A stretch of DNA of 20,000 nucleotides from an uncultured virus (IMG/VR IMGVR_UViG_3300020037_001229) (Duplodnaviria; Heunggongvirae; Uroviricota; Caudoviricetes): the IMG/VR virus record IMGVR_UViG_3300020037_001229. One strand, given 5' to 3'. The notes beneath the pieces were generated by a model. The model was not told where the DNA came from and did no database searches. It worked only from the letters and a program-made list of their open reading frames with translations. Position 1 is the first letter of the stretch, and the number at the start of each line of letters is the position of its first letter. Below are positions 1 through 9,300 of this stretch, one piece after another. Made by a program: the position numbers and the translations under genes.

Positions 1-269
1 CGCACCCCTTCCCCCTCGAAGAGCTTAAATTCAGTCCGAGTAAATACACCCTAAGTATTTAATACTACTGGTATATTTACCTATACTTTAGGTATAAATA
101 GAGCTTAATTATATTATATTTTGGTTATAGTAATACGTAAGTATTCCCCAGGTATACCCTAGGGGCACCGGGTGACCGCCTGGGGTGGGGTCTGGTATCC
201 TGTATACACCCTCTGCATAATTTAGGTAAAAATCACTGTAAACCCTTATAACACAAGGCTTTGAACAAG

Positions 270-359
270 ATGAAGAAAAAGGCTATGAAGACAACCAAGA
301 GTATTAAGAAGCCCGAGAAGAATTCTGGTAAAGGTTCAACGAAGAATAAACCTTGTTAG
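270..359 (+). CDS. possible 29-aa Lys-rich peptide (MKKKAMKTTKSIKKPEKNSGKGSTKNKPC)
   Basis: ATG 270 to TAG 359, below the ORF-track cutoff; 11 of 29 residues are Lys; only a weak AAGG upstream (255-258); same strand as the operon. Confidence 0.35.
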   Translation: MKKKAMKTTKSIKKPEKNSGKGSTKNKPC

Positions 360-498
360 AGGAAAAAGAGTCTCAAAGAGAGTTTTCTGAAGAACTTAAG
401 GGACCCCTCTCCTGCTTCAGGGGATAAAAAACATAGTTTAGTAAAGTAAACAGAAGATTTAGGCTTGATGAGTGTCAAGCAACTCAAGAGGCGAATTT

Positions 499-924
499 AT
501 GAGTGATAAGAAATATACCGATCAACAACTGTTATTTTTAGGTTATCTGGGCGCAGAAGCCAAGGGTGATATTGATGAGGCTATGAAGATGGCTGGTTAT
601 GCCCCAAGCTCCAAGGGCTCTGTCGTTAAGAACTTGAAGATGGAGATCATTGAAGTAGCCTCTGATATGCTTGGAGCTAATTCCATTAAGGCAGCTAGGT
701 CTGTTATTTCGTTGTTAGATAATCCGACACACCCTGGGGCTACAACCATTCTGAAGGCTGCCGCTTCTGTTCTCGATAGGGCCGGTGTTGGCAGACAGGA
801 CGATATCACCATGAAGATTCCTGCCGGGGGTCTTATCATTCTTCCTGCAAAGGGAGTTAATCCTGATCTACTGAAGAATACAAAGACTCTGAATGAAGAG
901 GAAACTGAAGATGGGGAAGTTTAA
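499..924 (+). CDS. terS: terminase small subunit
   Basis: ATG 499 preceded by GAGG; N-terminal HTH-like pattern TDQQLLFL...AKGDIDEAMKMAGY, then AAASVLDRAG and GGLIILPAK, typical of podophage TerS; lies upstream of terL. Confidence 0.75.
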   Translation: MSDKKYTDQQLLFLGYLGAEAKGDIDEAMKMAGYAPSSKGSVVKNLKMEIIEVASDMLGANSIKAARSVISLLDNPTHPGATTILKAAASVLDRAGVGRQDDITMKIPAGGLIILPAKGVNPDLLKNTKTLNEEETEDGEV

Positions 925-1228
925 AGAGAAACTCAAAGGCCGCAGGCAGTCCAAGAATATAGAGGATGTCAGGACTGACCCTATCTCCAAGATTATCGGT
1001 TCTGATAAAAAGAAACTAGATGATCAAGACCTACAAGAGATTAAAGGAAGACTATCAGTCCACCTGAAAGATAAAAAGCCCATGGCAGAACAAGAGTCTG
1101 ATTCTTACACTAAGTTCAGAAACAAAAAGGGAACACAACCGGAGAGAATGATGAGTAAAGCAAAGAAACTTATTAGACTCAAGGATGATATTTTCCCTAA
1201 AGAATATTCGAAATTAAAGAATGAATGA
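911..1228 (+). CDS. hypothetical basic protein
   Basis: ORF overlapping the terS stop and the terL start (translational coupling); ATG 911 with GAGG at 898-901; Lys/Arg-rich. Confidence 0.65.
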   Translation: MGKFKEKLKGRRQSKNIEDVRTDPISKIIGSDKKKLDDQDLQEIKGRLSVHLKDKKPMAEQESDSYTKFRNKKGTQPERMMSKAKKLIRLKDDIFPKEYSKLKNE

Positions 1229-4076
1229 ACTAGAGAAAATCTACCCCGTTAAGACTAGGAATAGTTCTAAAGGTAGGACTCCTTGGCCCTACGATCCGAA
1301 AGGCGGTGATCCTAACATCTTCCTCCCCAATTGGGATAGGATTAAGCTTCTTGAACAGGCATTTGATTACCTAGAGAATGGGACTATGTCTCTTCGAAAA
1401 GCTACTGAGTGGCTTATTGTAGAAACAGGTAAAGACCTTTCACACCAAGGAATGAGGTCTTTATACCTACAGTACAGACCCGATAGTGAACGTCTAAAGA
1501 CACTAAGATTAAAAAAAGAATTAATAAAGCAAAAGAGACTCTCCAGAGAACAACGTAAAGAAAAGAATCTCACTGAGAAGATTAGAAGAGCGCGTCAAGC
1601 AGCCACTATAGCTCAGAAGAAGAAGGAGAGACTTGAAGCTGTCGCAGAAGCTCCAGTATTAGCAAATGGAGAAATGGACTTTTCTTCTTTTGTTGTCCCA
1701 GAAAACAGAGAGATCGTTTTCAGGCCGAATGAAGGTCCACAAACAGAATTCCTTGCAGCTTCCGAAACACAGGTTCTCTATGGAGGATCAGCCGGTTCTG
1801 GTAAGTCCTTTGCACTTTTGGCAGACCCTATCCGTTACTTCGATAACAAAGGGTTTAATGGTATTCTGCTTAGACGGACAAATGATGAACTCCGAGAGTT
1901 AATCTGGAAGTCTAAAGAACTTTATAAAGCTATCTATCCACAGGCCAACTGGAGTGAAAAGAAGTCCTCTTGGACATTCCCCTCTGGGGCTCAACTCTGG
2001 ATGACTTATCTCGAAAGAGATGATGATGTCCTCCGTTATCAGGGACAGTCTTTTACATGGATTGGCTTTGACGAATTGACCCAATACCCTACTCCATTTC
2101 CATGGATTTATCTATACTCTCGCTTGAGAACCACTGAGCCTTCTCTGAAGGGATCACTCTCCATGAGGGCTTGCGTGGATGAAGGCGAAGTATTAACTGA
2201 AAATGGATGGAAACCTATCCAGAATGTTCTCAAAGGAGAATTAGTTTATTCTCTCACAGCCAAGGGTTCACTTGTTCTTCGTCCAGTGACACAAAGTGTG
2301 GCTTACGATGTTAACGAAGAGTTAGTTCGTATTCGTAAAAAAAATCTCTATATGTCAATGACGAAAGACCACAGAGTTCTCCATAAAACAGATGGACAAG
2401 AACAGTATAGATTAACTAAATGGCACGAAATAACATCAAAATCAACTAGTATTGCTAGGACTTCTTCTAATTATAATAGTACCGGTTGGTCTCATCCTCT
2501 GATGACTCCTGAGTTCTTGGGCCTGTATATTGCTGAAGGTTCTTTTGGTAAACCTAGAAAAGGCAACTACAAGGTTATTATTACTCAGTGCAAAAAAGCT
2601 AATCACAAATTTGTCAGACAGACAATGGAAAAATTAGGTTTTAACGTTTGTTATTCCAAAAACGGTGATTTTCAAATAACGAACAAAGGTCTTTGGGAGT
2701 ACGTAAGCCAATTCGGAAAAGCATTCAATAAACATTTCCCTCGTTCTTTTTTGCAGGAGGCCTCTTACGAACAACTTAAGGCAGCATTTGATGCCTACGC
2801 TCTAGGAGATGGTCATTGGCAATCCGAGACATCCTGTATTTTGGTTACTACTTCTCCTCAGTTAAAAGATGATCTCTGCGAAATAGCAATAAAATTAGGG
2901 TATAAAGTACAGTTCAAAGAGACTCCATCGGAGAACCCAAATCATAACACCAAGTATGTAGTTTATGTTAGTCTGAAAGGTGTTAATACCAAGGTCGATA
3001 AAAACATTTATGGTCGAAATGACCAGTCTTTTGAATCCTACAAAGGCAAAGTCTATTGTTTGGGTGTCGAAGAAACAGAAAATTTTGTTCTAAGACAAAA
3101 TGGATTTGTTTGGGTCTCCGGAAATACAACCAACCCCGGTGGCCCCGGTCATGGTTGGGTTAAAAAGATGTTTGTTGATCCAGCCGTTCCAGGTAGTTCT
3201 TTTCCAGCTACCGATTTAGAGACTGGAGAAGTTCTTGTATACCCAGCGAACCATGCGAAAGCAGGGCAACCTTTGTTCCATCGAAGATTTATTCCTGCTC
3301 TATTGTATGATAATCCTTATCTCGCTAATGATGGCCAATACGAAGCTAACTTGTTATCTCTTCCTGAGCAACAAAGAAGGCAACTCCTTGAAGGAGATTG
3401 GAATGTAGCTGACGGCGCGGCCTTTAGTGAATTCAGAGAGAAAGACCACGTTGTCACGCCCTTCGAAATTCCGTCTAATTGGAGAAGATTCAGAAGTTGT
3501 GACTTTGGTTATTCCTCCCACTCAGCTGTCCACTGGTTTGCGGTCGACCCTTCATTCGAAACTCTCTACGTTTATAGAGAACTCTACGCATCCAAGATGA
3601 CTGCCAGAGACCTCGCCTTTAAAGTTCTTGAATTAGAAAAGGGCGAGAATATTTCTTATGGTGTCCTAGATAGTTCTTGTTGGCACCAAAGAGGCCATAT
3701 GGGGCCGTCTATCGCAGAAGAAATGATTTCTGTTGGTTGTAGATGGAGACCAAGCGATAGAACGCAGGGTTCCAGAGTAGCCGGAAAGAATAGGCTTCAC
3801 GAATTACTGAAACTCGAAGATTTAGGCAATGGAGAGAAACGTCCAGGTATCGTTTTCTTTAACACCTGTAGACAAATTGTCTCTGACCTACCAGTAATTC
3901 CGGCTGATCCTAGTGGGACAGACGATATTGATGATCGTTACGCGTCCGACCACGCTTATGATTCTATTCGTTATGGAATTATGTCTAGACCAAAATCAAA
4001 AAGTCCATTCGAGGAATGGTTAACCTCTCGACCTGTAGAAAGCTACCAACCCTATGACACAATTTTTGGATATTAG
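1221..4076 (+). CDS. terL: terminase large subunit precursor containing an intein (951 aa; 633 aa after splicing)
   Basis: adenine-binding PQ motif (GPQTEFL), Walker A GGSAGSGKS, Walker B WIGFDE, coupling motif MRA|TTNPGG rejoined after intein removal, nuclease motifs SCDFGY and DHAYDSIRY. Confidence 0.97.
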   Translation: MNELEKIYPVKTRNSSKGRTPWPYDPKGGDPNIFLPNWDRIKLLEQAFDYLENGTMSLRKATEWLIVETGKDLSHQGMRSLYLQYRPDSERLKTLRLKKELIKQKRLSREQRKEKNLTEKIRRARQAATIAQKKKERLEAVAEAPVLANGEMDFSSFVVPENREIVFRPNEGPQTEFLAASETQVLYGGSAGSGKSFALLADPIRYFDNKGFNGILLRRTNDELRELIWKSKELYKAIYPQANWSEKKSSWTFPSGAQLWMTYLERDDDVLRYQGQSFTWIGFDELTQYPTPFPWIYLYSRLRTTEPSLKGSLSMRACVDEGEVLTENGWKPIQNVLKGELVYSLTAKGSLVLRPVTQSVAYDVNEELVRIRKKNLYMSMTKDHRVLHKTDGQEQYRLTKWHEITSKSTSIARTSSNYNSTGWSHPLMTPEFLGLYIAEGSFGKPRKGNYKVIITQCKKANHKFVRQTMEKLGFNVCYSKNGDFQITNKGLWEYVSQFGKAFNKHFPRSFLQEASYEQLKAAFDAYALGDGHWQSETSCILVTTSPQLKDDLCEIAIKLGYKVQFKETPSENPNHNTKYVVYVSLKGVNTKVDKNIYGRNDQSFESYKGKVYCLGVEETENFVLRQNGFVWVSGNTTNPGGPGHGWVKKMFVDPAVPGSSFPATDLETGEVLVYPANHAKAGQPLFHRRFIPALLYDNPYLANDGQYEANLLSLPEQQRRQLLEGDWNVADGAAFSEFREKDHVVTPFEIPSNWRRFRSCDFGYSSHSAVHWFAVDPSFETLYVYRELYASKMTARDLAFKVLELEKGENISYGVLDSSCWHQRGHMGPSIAEEMISVGCRWRPSDRTQGSRVAGKNRLHELLKLEDLGNGEKRPGIVFFNTCRQIVSDLPVIPADPSGTDDIDDRYASDHAYDSIRYGIMSRPKSKSPFEEWLTSRPVESYQPYDTIFGY
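2172..3125 (+). mobile_element. intein with LAGLIDADG homing endonuclease (318 aa, TerL residues 318-635)
   Basis: starts Cys (CVDEGEVLTENGWKPI), block B TKDH, LAGLIDADG motifs FLGLYIAEGS and AFDAYALGDG, block F VYCLGVEETENF, ends SGN followed by +1 Thr; removal restores MRATTNPGG. Confidence 0.95.
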
Positions 4077-4078
4077 TA

Positions 4079-6181
4079 ATGACATTTTTAGACAGTAAAA
4101 TCTCCGAAGGTGTACCTTCTATCACAGACACAGTTCCATTCGTTGAAAATGGAAACCCTGAGTTAGAGAATCTCGAAAAACTAGGTGGTGTTGTTTCTTT
4201 TATCAAAGAAAAGTATCAAAGAGCTAAGGAAAAGCGACTTCACGACGAAACTCGTTGGATTACTGCTTACAAAAACTACAGAGGAAAGCCAGACTCTTCA
4301 AATCAGTTCACTTCTACTGAGAAAAGTAAGGCATTTATCAAGGTTACGAAGACAAAAGTCCTCGCGGCATACGCCCAACTTGTAGATGTACTGTTTTCTG
4401 CCGCTAAATTTCCAATTGGTATTAGTAAAACACCTGTTGTTACCGAAAATACGGCAGAAGCAGTATACTACGATCCAAAAGAACAAGACCAAGGTACGAA
4501 ATTACCTTCTACTATTGCTCGCCAAGATATTCTAGACGCTGTTGGTGGTCTAAAAGACTCTCTTTCTCGTGTACCTGAAGGAAAACTTAAAGAAGGACAT
4601 GGAAAAACTTCTTCTTCTTTCACTTGGGAGCCTGCAACTCAGGCAGCCAAAGAGATGGAGAAACTAATTCATGACCAACTGGAAGAGGCTAACGCCAATA
4701 AACACCTAAGATCGTTTGCTTTTGAGTTGTCTCTGTTTGGTACTGGTATTTTCAAGGGACCTCATCTCAAAACCAAGGAATACCCACAGTGGTCAGAGGA
4801 TGGTTCTTACTCTCCTCTCTTTAAAACGCTGGAGGATGTTTGTCAGATTTCTATCTGGGACTCTTACCCTGATCCAGACGCTAGAAGTATGGAAGAGTCC
4901 GAGTTTTTCATTGAGAGACATAGAATTTCGAAGTCTGATTTACGAAAACTCAAGAAAAGACCTTTCTTCAGAAGCGAAAGTATTGAATTAGCTATCAAAG
5001 AAGGCCCGAATTACGAACAAGAGTATTGGGAGCATATCCTAAAGGACAACGAAGAGCAAAACAGTCTTACTCGTTATGAAGTCCTAGAGTATTGGGGTTT
5101 CTTAGACGCTGATTTAGCAGAACAGATGGACCTCACTATCCCTAAAGAGTTAAAGGGACTAGATCAGGTACAGGTTAACGCTTGGGTTTGTAATAATCAA
5201 GTTATTCGATTAGTATTAAACCCGTTTACCCCAGCCAGAATTCCTTACTACGCGTGTCCTTACGAATTGAATCCTTATTCTTTCTTTGGTATCGGTGTAG
5301 CAGAGAACATGGAAGATACTCAGCTTCTTATGAATGGTTTTATGAGACTTGCTGTCGACAACGCCGCGTTATCCTCTAATGTTATCTTTGAAGTAGATGA
5401 GAACAACCTGATCCCAGGTCAAAGCATGGACTTGTACCCCGGTAAAATCTTTAGGCGTCAAGGTGGTGCTCCAGGACAGGCTATCTTCTCCCATAAAATC
5501 AATAACGTTTCGCAAGAAACAATGGCTATGTTTGATAAGGCCAGACAACTAGCAGATGAGGCCACCGGTCTACCTTCTTATTCCCATGGTATCTCTGGTA
5601 TCATGAATACCGGTAGAACTGCCGCTGGTATGTCTATGCTCATGGGTGCAGCAGACAAGAATATTAAGGCTGTTGTTCGTAATATCGACGACTATTTGCT
5701 TATGCCTCTTGGTAAAGCAATGTTCGCCTTTAACATGCAGTTTAACTTTGACAAGAAGTACCTAGGTGACCTTGAAGTTGTAGCACTTGGAACTGAGTCT
5801 CTTATGAGAAACGAAGTGAGAAGTCAGAAACTCCTACAGTTCATGCAGCTAACAGGAGATCAGATTTATCTGCCATTTGTTAAAGTCGATTACATCCTCA
5901 GGGAGCTTGCTGCATCACTTGATCTTGACCCTGAAAAGGTAGTTAATGATCCTAGAGAAGCAGGCATTCAAGCTGAGATGCTAAAACAGATGCAGTTAAA
6001 GATGGGCATCGATCCTAATGCTCCTCGTGGTGGCGGTGGTAATCCTGCTGCGTTACCTTCTCCGAGTGATCCTACTCAGACTGGTGGTGGTAACATCGCA
6101 CCTGGAGCTGCTCCGGGTCCACAGGAACAAGGCTATACTGGCGGTGGAGCTAACGCTACACAAGGGATTCCTAATGGATAA
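4079..6181 (+). CDS. portal (head-tail connector) protein
   Basis: 700 aa directly after terL; podovirus portal motifs KVTKTKVLAAY, YPDPDA, PYELNPYSFFGIG, TGRTAAGMSMLM; Gly/Pro-rich C-terminal tail. Confidence 0.93.
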   Translation: MTFLDSKISEGVPSITDTVPFVENGNPELENLEKLGGVVSFIKEKYQRAKEKRLHDETRWITAYKNYRGKPDSSNQFTSTEKSKAFIKVTKTKVLAAYAQLVDVLFSAAKFPIGISKTPVVTENTAEAVYYDPKEQDQGTKLPSTIARQDILDAVGGLKDSLSRVPEGKLKEGHGKTSSSFTWEPATQAAKEMEKLIHDQLEEANANKHLRSFAFELSLFGTGIFKGPHLKTKEYPQWSEDGSYSPLFKTLEDVCQISIWDSYPDPDARSMEESEFFIERHRISKSDLRKLKKRPFFRSESIELAIKEGPNYEQEYWEHILKDNEEQNSLTRYEVLEYWGFLDADLAEQMDLTIPKELKGLDQVQVNAWVCNNQVIRLVLNPFTPARIPYYACPYELNPYSFFGIGVAENMEDTQLLMNGFMRLAVDNAALSSNVIFEVDENNLIPGQSMDLYPGKIFRRQGGAPGQAIFSHKINNVSQETMAMFDKARQLADEATGLPSYSHGISGIMNTGRTAAGMSMLMGAADKNIKAVVRNIDDYLLMPLGKAMFAFNMQFNFDKKYLGDLEVVALGTESLMRNEVRSQKLLQFMQLTGDQIYLPFVKVDYILRELAASLDLDPEKVVNDPREAGIQAEMLKQMQLKMGIDPNAPRGGGGNPAALPSPSDPTQTGGGNIAPGAAPGPQEQGYTGGGANATQGIPNG

Positions 6182-6389
6182 AAAGTTAGCAAAACAGCTT
6201 CTTATTTTAGTTAATACACATAACGATCTACTAAAGCTCTACGCCGAAAGCAGGATACATCTAATCCATGAACAAATGGAGAATTCAGGTAACAAACCCG
6301 AAGACTTCTATCGTATGCAGGGTAAGATCGTTGAGTTAAGAAGACTTTTAACCTTAAGAGAAGAGATTATAAAAGAAGCTGAGGGGTAA
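6174..6389 (+). CDS. small helical protein downstream of portal
   Basis: ATG 6174 overlaps the portal 3' end; 71 aa with YRMQGKIVELRRLLTLRE, a pattern common in small post-portal ORFs of podophages; the ORF-track start at 6018 overlaps the portal too far. Confidence 0.8.
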   Translation: MDKKLAKQLLILVNTHNDLLKLYAESRIHLIHEQMENSGNKPEDFYRMQGKIVELRRLLTLREEIIKEAEG

Positions 6390-6391
6390 CT

Positions 6392-9300
6392 ATGGCTACA
6401 CAGAAAAAAGCTGTAAGAAAAATTACTAGAGGCCCTGACGGTAAGATTAAAACTATTTACGTTGACGCACAAACAAAACAAGAACTGACTTCTCTTATTG
6501 GTTATACTGTTAATTCACAGAATGAGTTAGCCACTGAGGATTTTCCCCATGGATTAAACTCTATGTTAGACATGCCACATGGTCTGAATGCTATCGAAGG
6601 GTTTCCATTAACACCATTCCTGCCCGGCATTTCTGATAGAGATACTCAAGGCTCTTCGAGTGGTTCACTCTCTGACATGGAGTGGCTAAACCCTAGAAAC
6701 GGGAGAGACCCTGATTCATCTGCCTTAACTTCTGAAGACAGGACACCTGCTAATAATTTTGGTTACGTCAATAAGCCTGGTTTTCTTAGTTTAGCCTCTG
6801 CTCTTCCGGGAATTCCAGGTATTATTGGTAAAGGTATCAATGCCGCTGTCAATGCCAATAACGTAGCTGCCATTAACGCGGCAAGAGAAACTCTCGGACT
6901 CCCTGAGCAATCCACAAAGGAAGCTCTAAGAGGTATCGTCCAAGATAATAAAGGCGTCGTTGCTGAAGCCACGATTGGTAATCAACAAGTAGCCATTGGA
7001 CTCGAAGCTACTACTCCCTCGGGTCGTACTACAATGACCCCACAAGAGGCTCTTGCGAGAGCAGAAGCCAATGACGTAGAAATCCAAGAAGCTACTCCTG
7101 AAGCAAAAGAAGCGGCTGAAGCTAAATTCGCCGAAGAATACGGAAAGCAAGCACAAGGTTTCTTAGGTAATCTAAAAGACATCGTAAAGGATGTTACTGA
7201 AGCAAAAAGTCCACTAGCAAATATCAAAAGTCCCTTTGCCAACGTAAAGAGTCCTTTAACAAAAAGTGAATCTAAATCTAAAGGAAAGTCTAAGGAAGCA
7301 AAAGCAGAAAGCAAATCAACTGGTATAGCTTCTCCCGAGAGTGCCAAGAACGTTTCTATCACACCTGGTTTAGGTCTAGGTAATCTTACGAACAGAACTG
7401 CTAAGACGGACCTAGCTGGCAAAAGCCGTGGTGTTGCCCCTGACGCTACTCTGATGGATGTTATCCAACAAGCGGTAGAACAAACACTAGGGCCTGGTTA
7501 TCAAGCCGTTGTTTCTTCTGGAACTTACTCCCCCGAACAACAAGCAGCTATCAATGAAGCCCGTGCCCAAGCTTACCAAGCAGCTATTGTAGCTGGTAAA
7601 ACACAGGCACAGGCGAATAAGGCTGCTGACGCTGCTGGTAAGGCTGCCGGTCAAGTTGGTACTACAAGGCACACGACTGGCAAAGCCGCTGACTTCTATA
7701 TTGTAGACCCCCAGGGTAACAGAGTTCAAAGCACAGAGGCCCTAAAGTCTATCGCTGCTTCGCTGGCTAGCCTAGGTATTACTGGTATTGGTCTTGGTAA
7801 TCCTGGTGGCTATATGGGTGGTACTTCTATCCATGCTGACGTTGTCGACCCTTCAAAGGCGACTGGTTGGGGTGGTTTAGGCCAACAGTTCAAAGACGCT
7901 ATCAATGACTCTATTGGCCTTCCTAATAAATTTAGTCCGACGGGTATTCCGACACCAACTGCTTCTCCTAGAAACGATCCTGTTCAAGACGTTGCCACCG
8001 AGGGTACTCAAAAGTCGACGACACCTGAGCCTGTTGGATACAACACTGGTTTTGTTGGTCAAGCCTACGGTTCTGGTAATGACGCTCAACAAGCTTTTGC
8101 TCCGATGGGTTTTGCACCCACTCAGAATAGAAGTGATGTTCTTGATCCTTTGATGAGGGACCCTAGAACTGTTGAAGAAATTACGGCTCTAGCGAAGGCT
8201 ATCGCAGGTGAACTCGGTTCTAATACTCTTGCCGGTATTAACTCTGGTGATGAAGCCGCTAAATCTGTAGCACGACAAGAAATTGCTGCCATCCTAGGAA
8301 CTATAGAAAATAGAGCAGCTTCTGCGAGACACGGAGGAAACCTAGCTAGTGTCTTAACTGGCAGTCAATACAATTCACTGATGTCCTCTAACTTAGCAAC
8401 AACAGAAGCTAACTTCCAAGAGTTTGGTGATTTCATTACGGAAGCCATTCAAGATTACTACGATGGAACTAATCCTTCTCCTGCACCAAATGCTACACAC
8501 TATTGGAATCCTTCTATCGTTAGTCCTTCTTGGTCTGACTACTCCAAGGATGGTACGACAGACGTAGGGGAACATACATTTTCTGATATTGCGATTCCGG
8601 GTACAAACGTAAGTGAATACTCTAAGGGTTTGCCAAATGAAGTAAATGTATCTGAAGTTGGTAGACCGTCTTTTACGACAGAAGCTGTTGCTTCTGGTAT
8701 TGCAGGGGCAATGGCCTCTGGTAAAGGAACCACTTCTGGTTCTAGTCTTGGTCTGTCAGGTTCAGCCAGTGGCCTAGCGGGTTTAACTGGTGCTGGAAAA
8801 GGTACAATTTCGGTCAATCCGAATACAGGTATTATTTCCTTTGATGTTGTTTCACCAGAGGAATACGCGGCAGCCGTCGCTGCTTCACAACCAGCTTTTA
8901 CTGGTAATGTTCCGAGTTTCTCTTACGCAAGTCCTTCGGAAGCTTTCGCTAACTACGGTGTTAATACAACCTCTGTTGGGCCAGGTTCTGGTGTACAAAT
9001 GGATGGCCTTGGTGCTTTCGGAAGTGCTCCGGGCTCTGGTTATGGCGGGCAAGCCATGGCAGGTCTACAGGGAATGACTGGTATTTCTAGTTCATTTGAT
9101 AATCCCACGGGTATTGCCGGTACTGGTATTGGTTATGGTTTTGACGCTGGTTCACTAGGTGGTACTGCTTCTGGTTTTGGTTCTGGTTTCGGCGCTGTCG
9201 GAACTTCTGGTTATGGTAGTTTCAGTGGAGGTACCGACGCAGGGACAGACTTCGGTGGTCCAGGTACCTTCGGTGGTTCTTTCGGTGGTGGATACGGTTC

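Noticed and set aside
404..431. Hairpin CCCCT...AGGGG followed by an A-run as a terminator
   Set aside because: No U-tract follows the stem on either strand
463..480. Inverted repeat GCTTGA/TCAAGC containing a minus-strand TTGACA as a promoter
   Set aside because: No -10 hexamer at 17-nt spacing; cannot be supported
7205..7258. Triple KSP(L/F)AN(I/V) micro-repeat in the large virion protein
   Set aside because: Short tandem duplication in a low-complexity linker with no sign of a separate function
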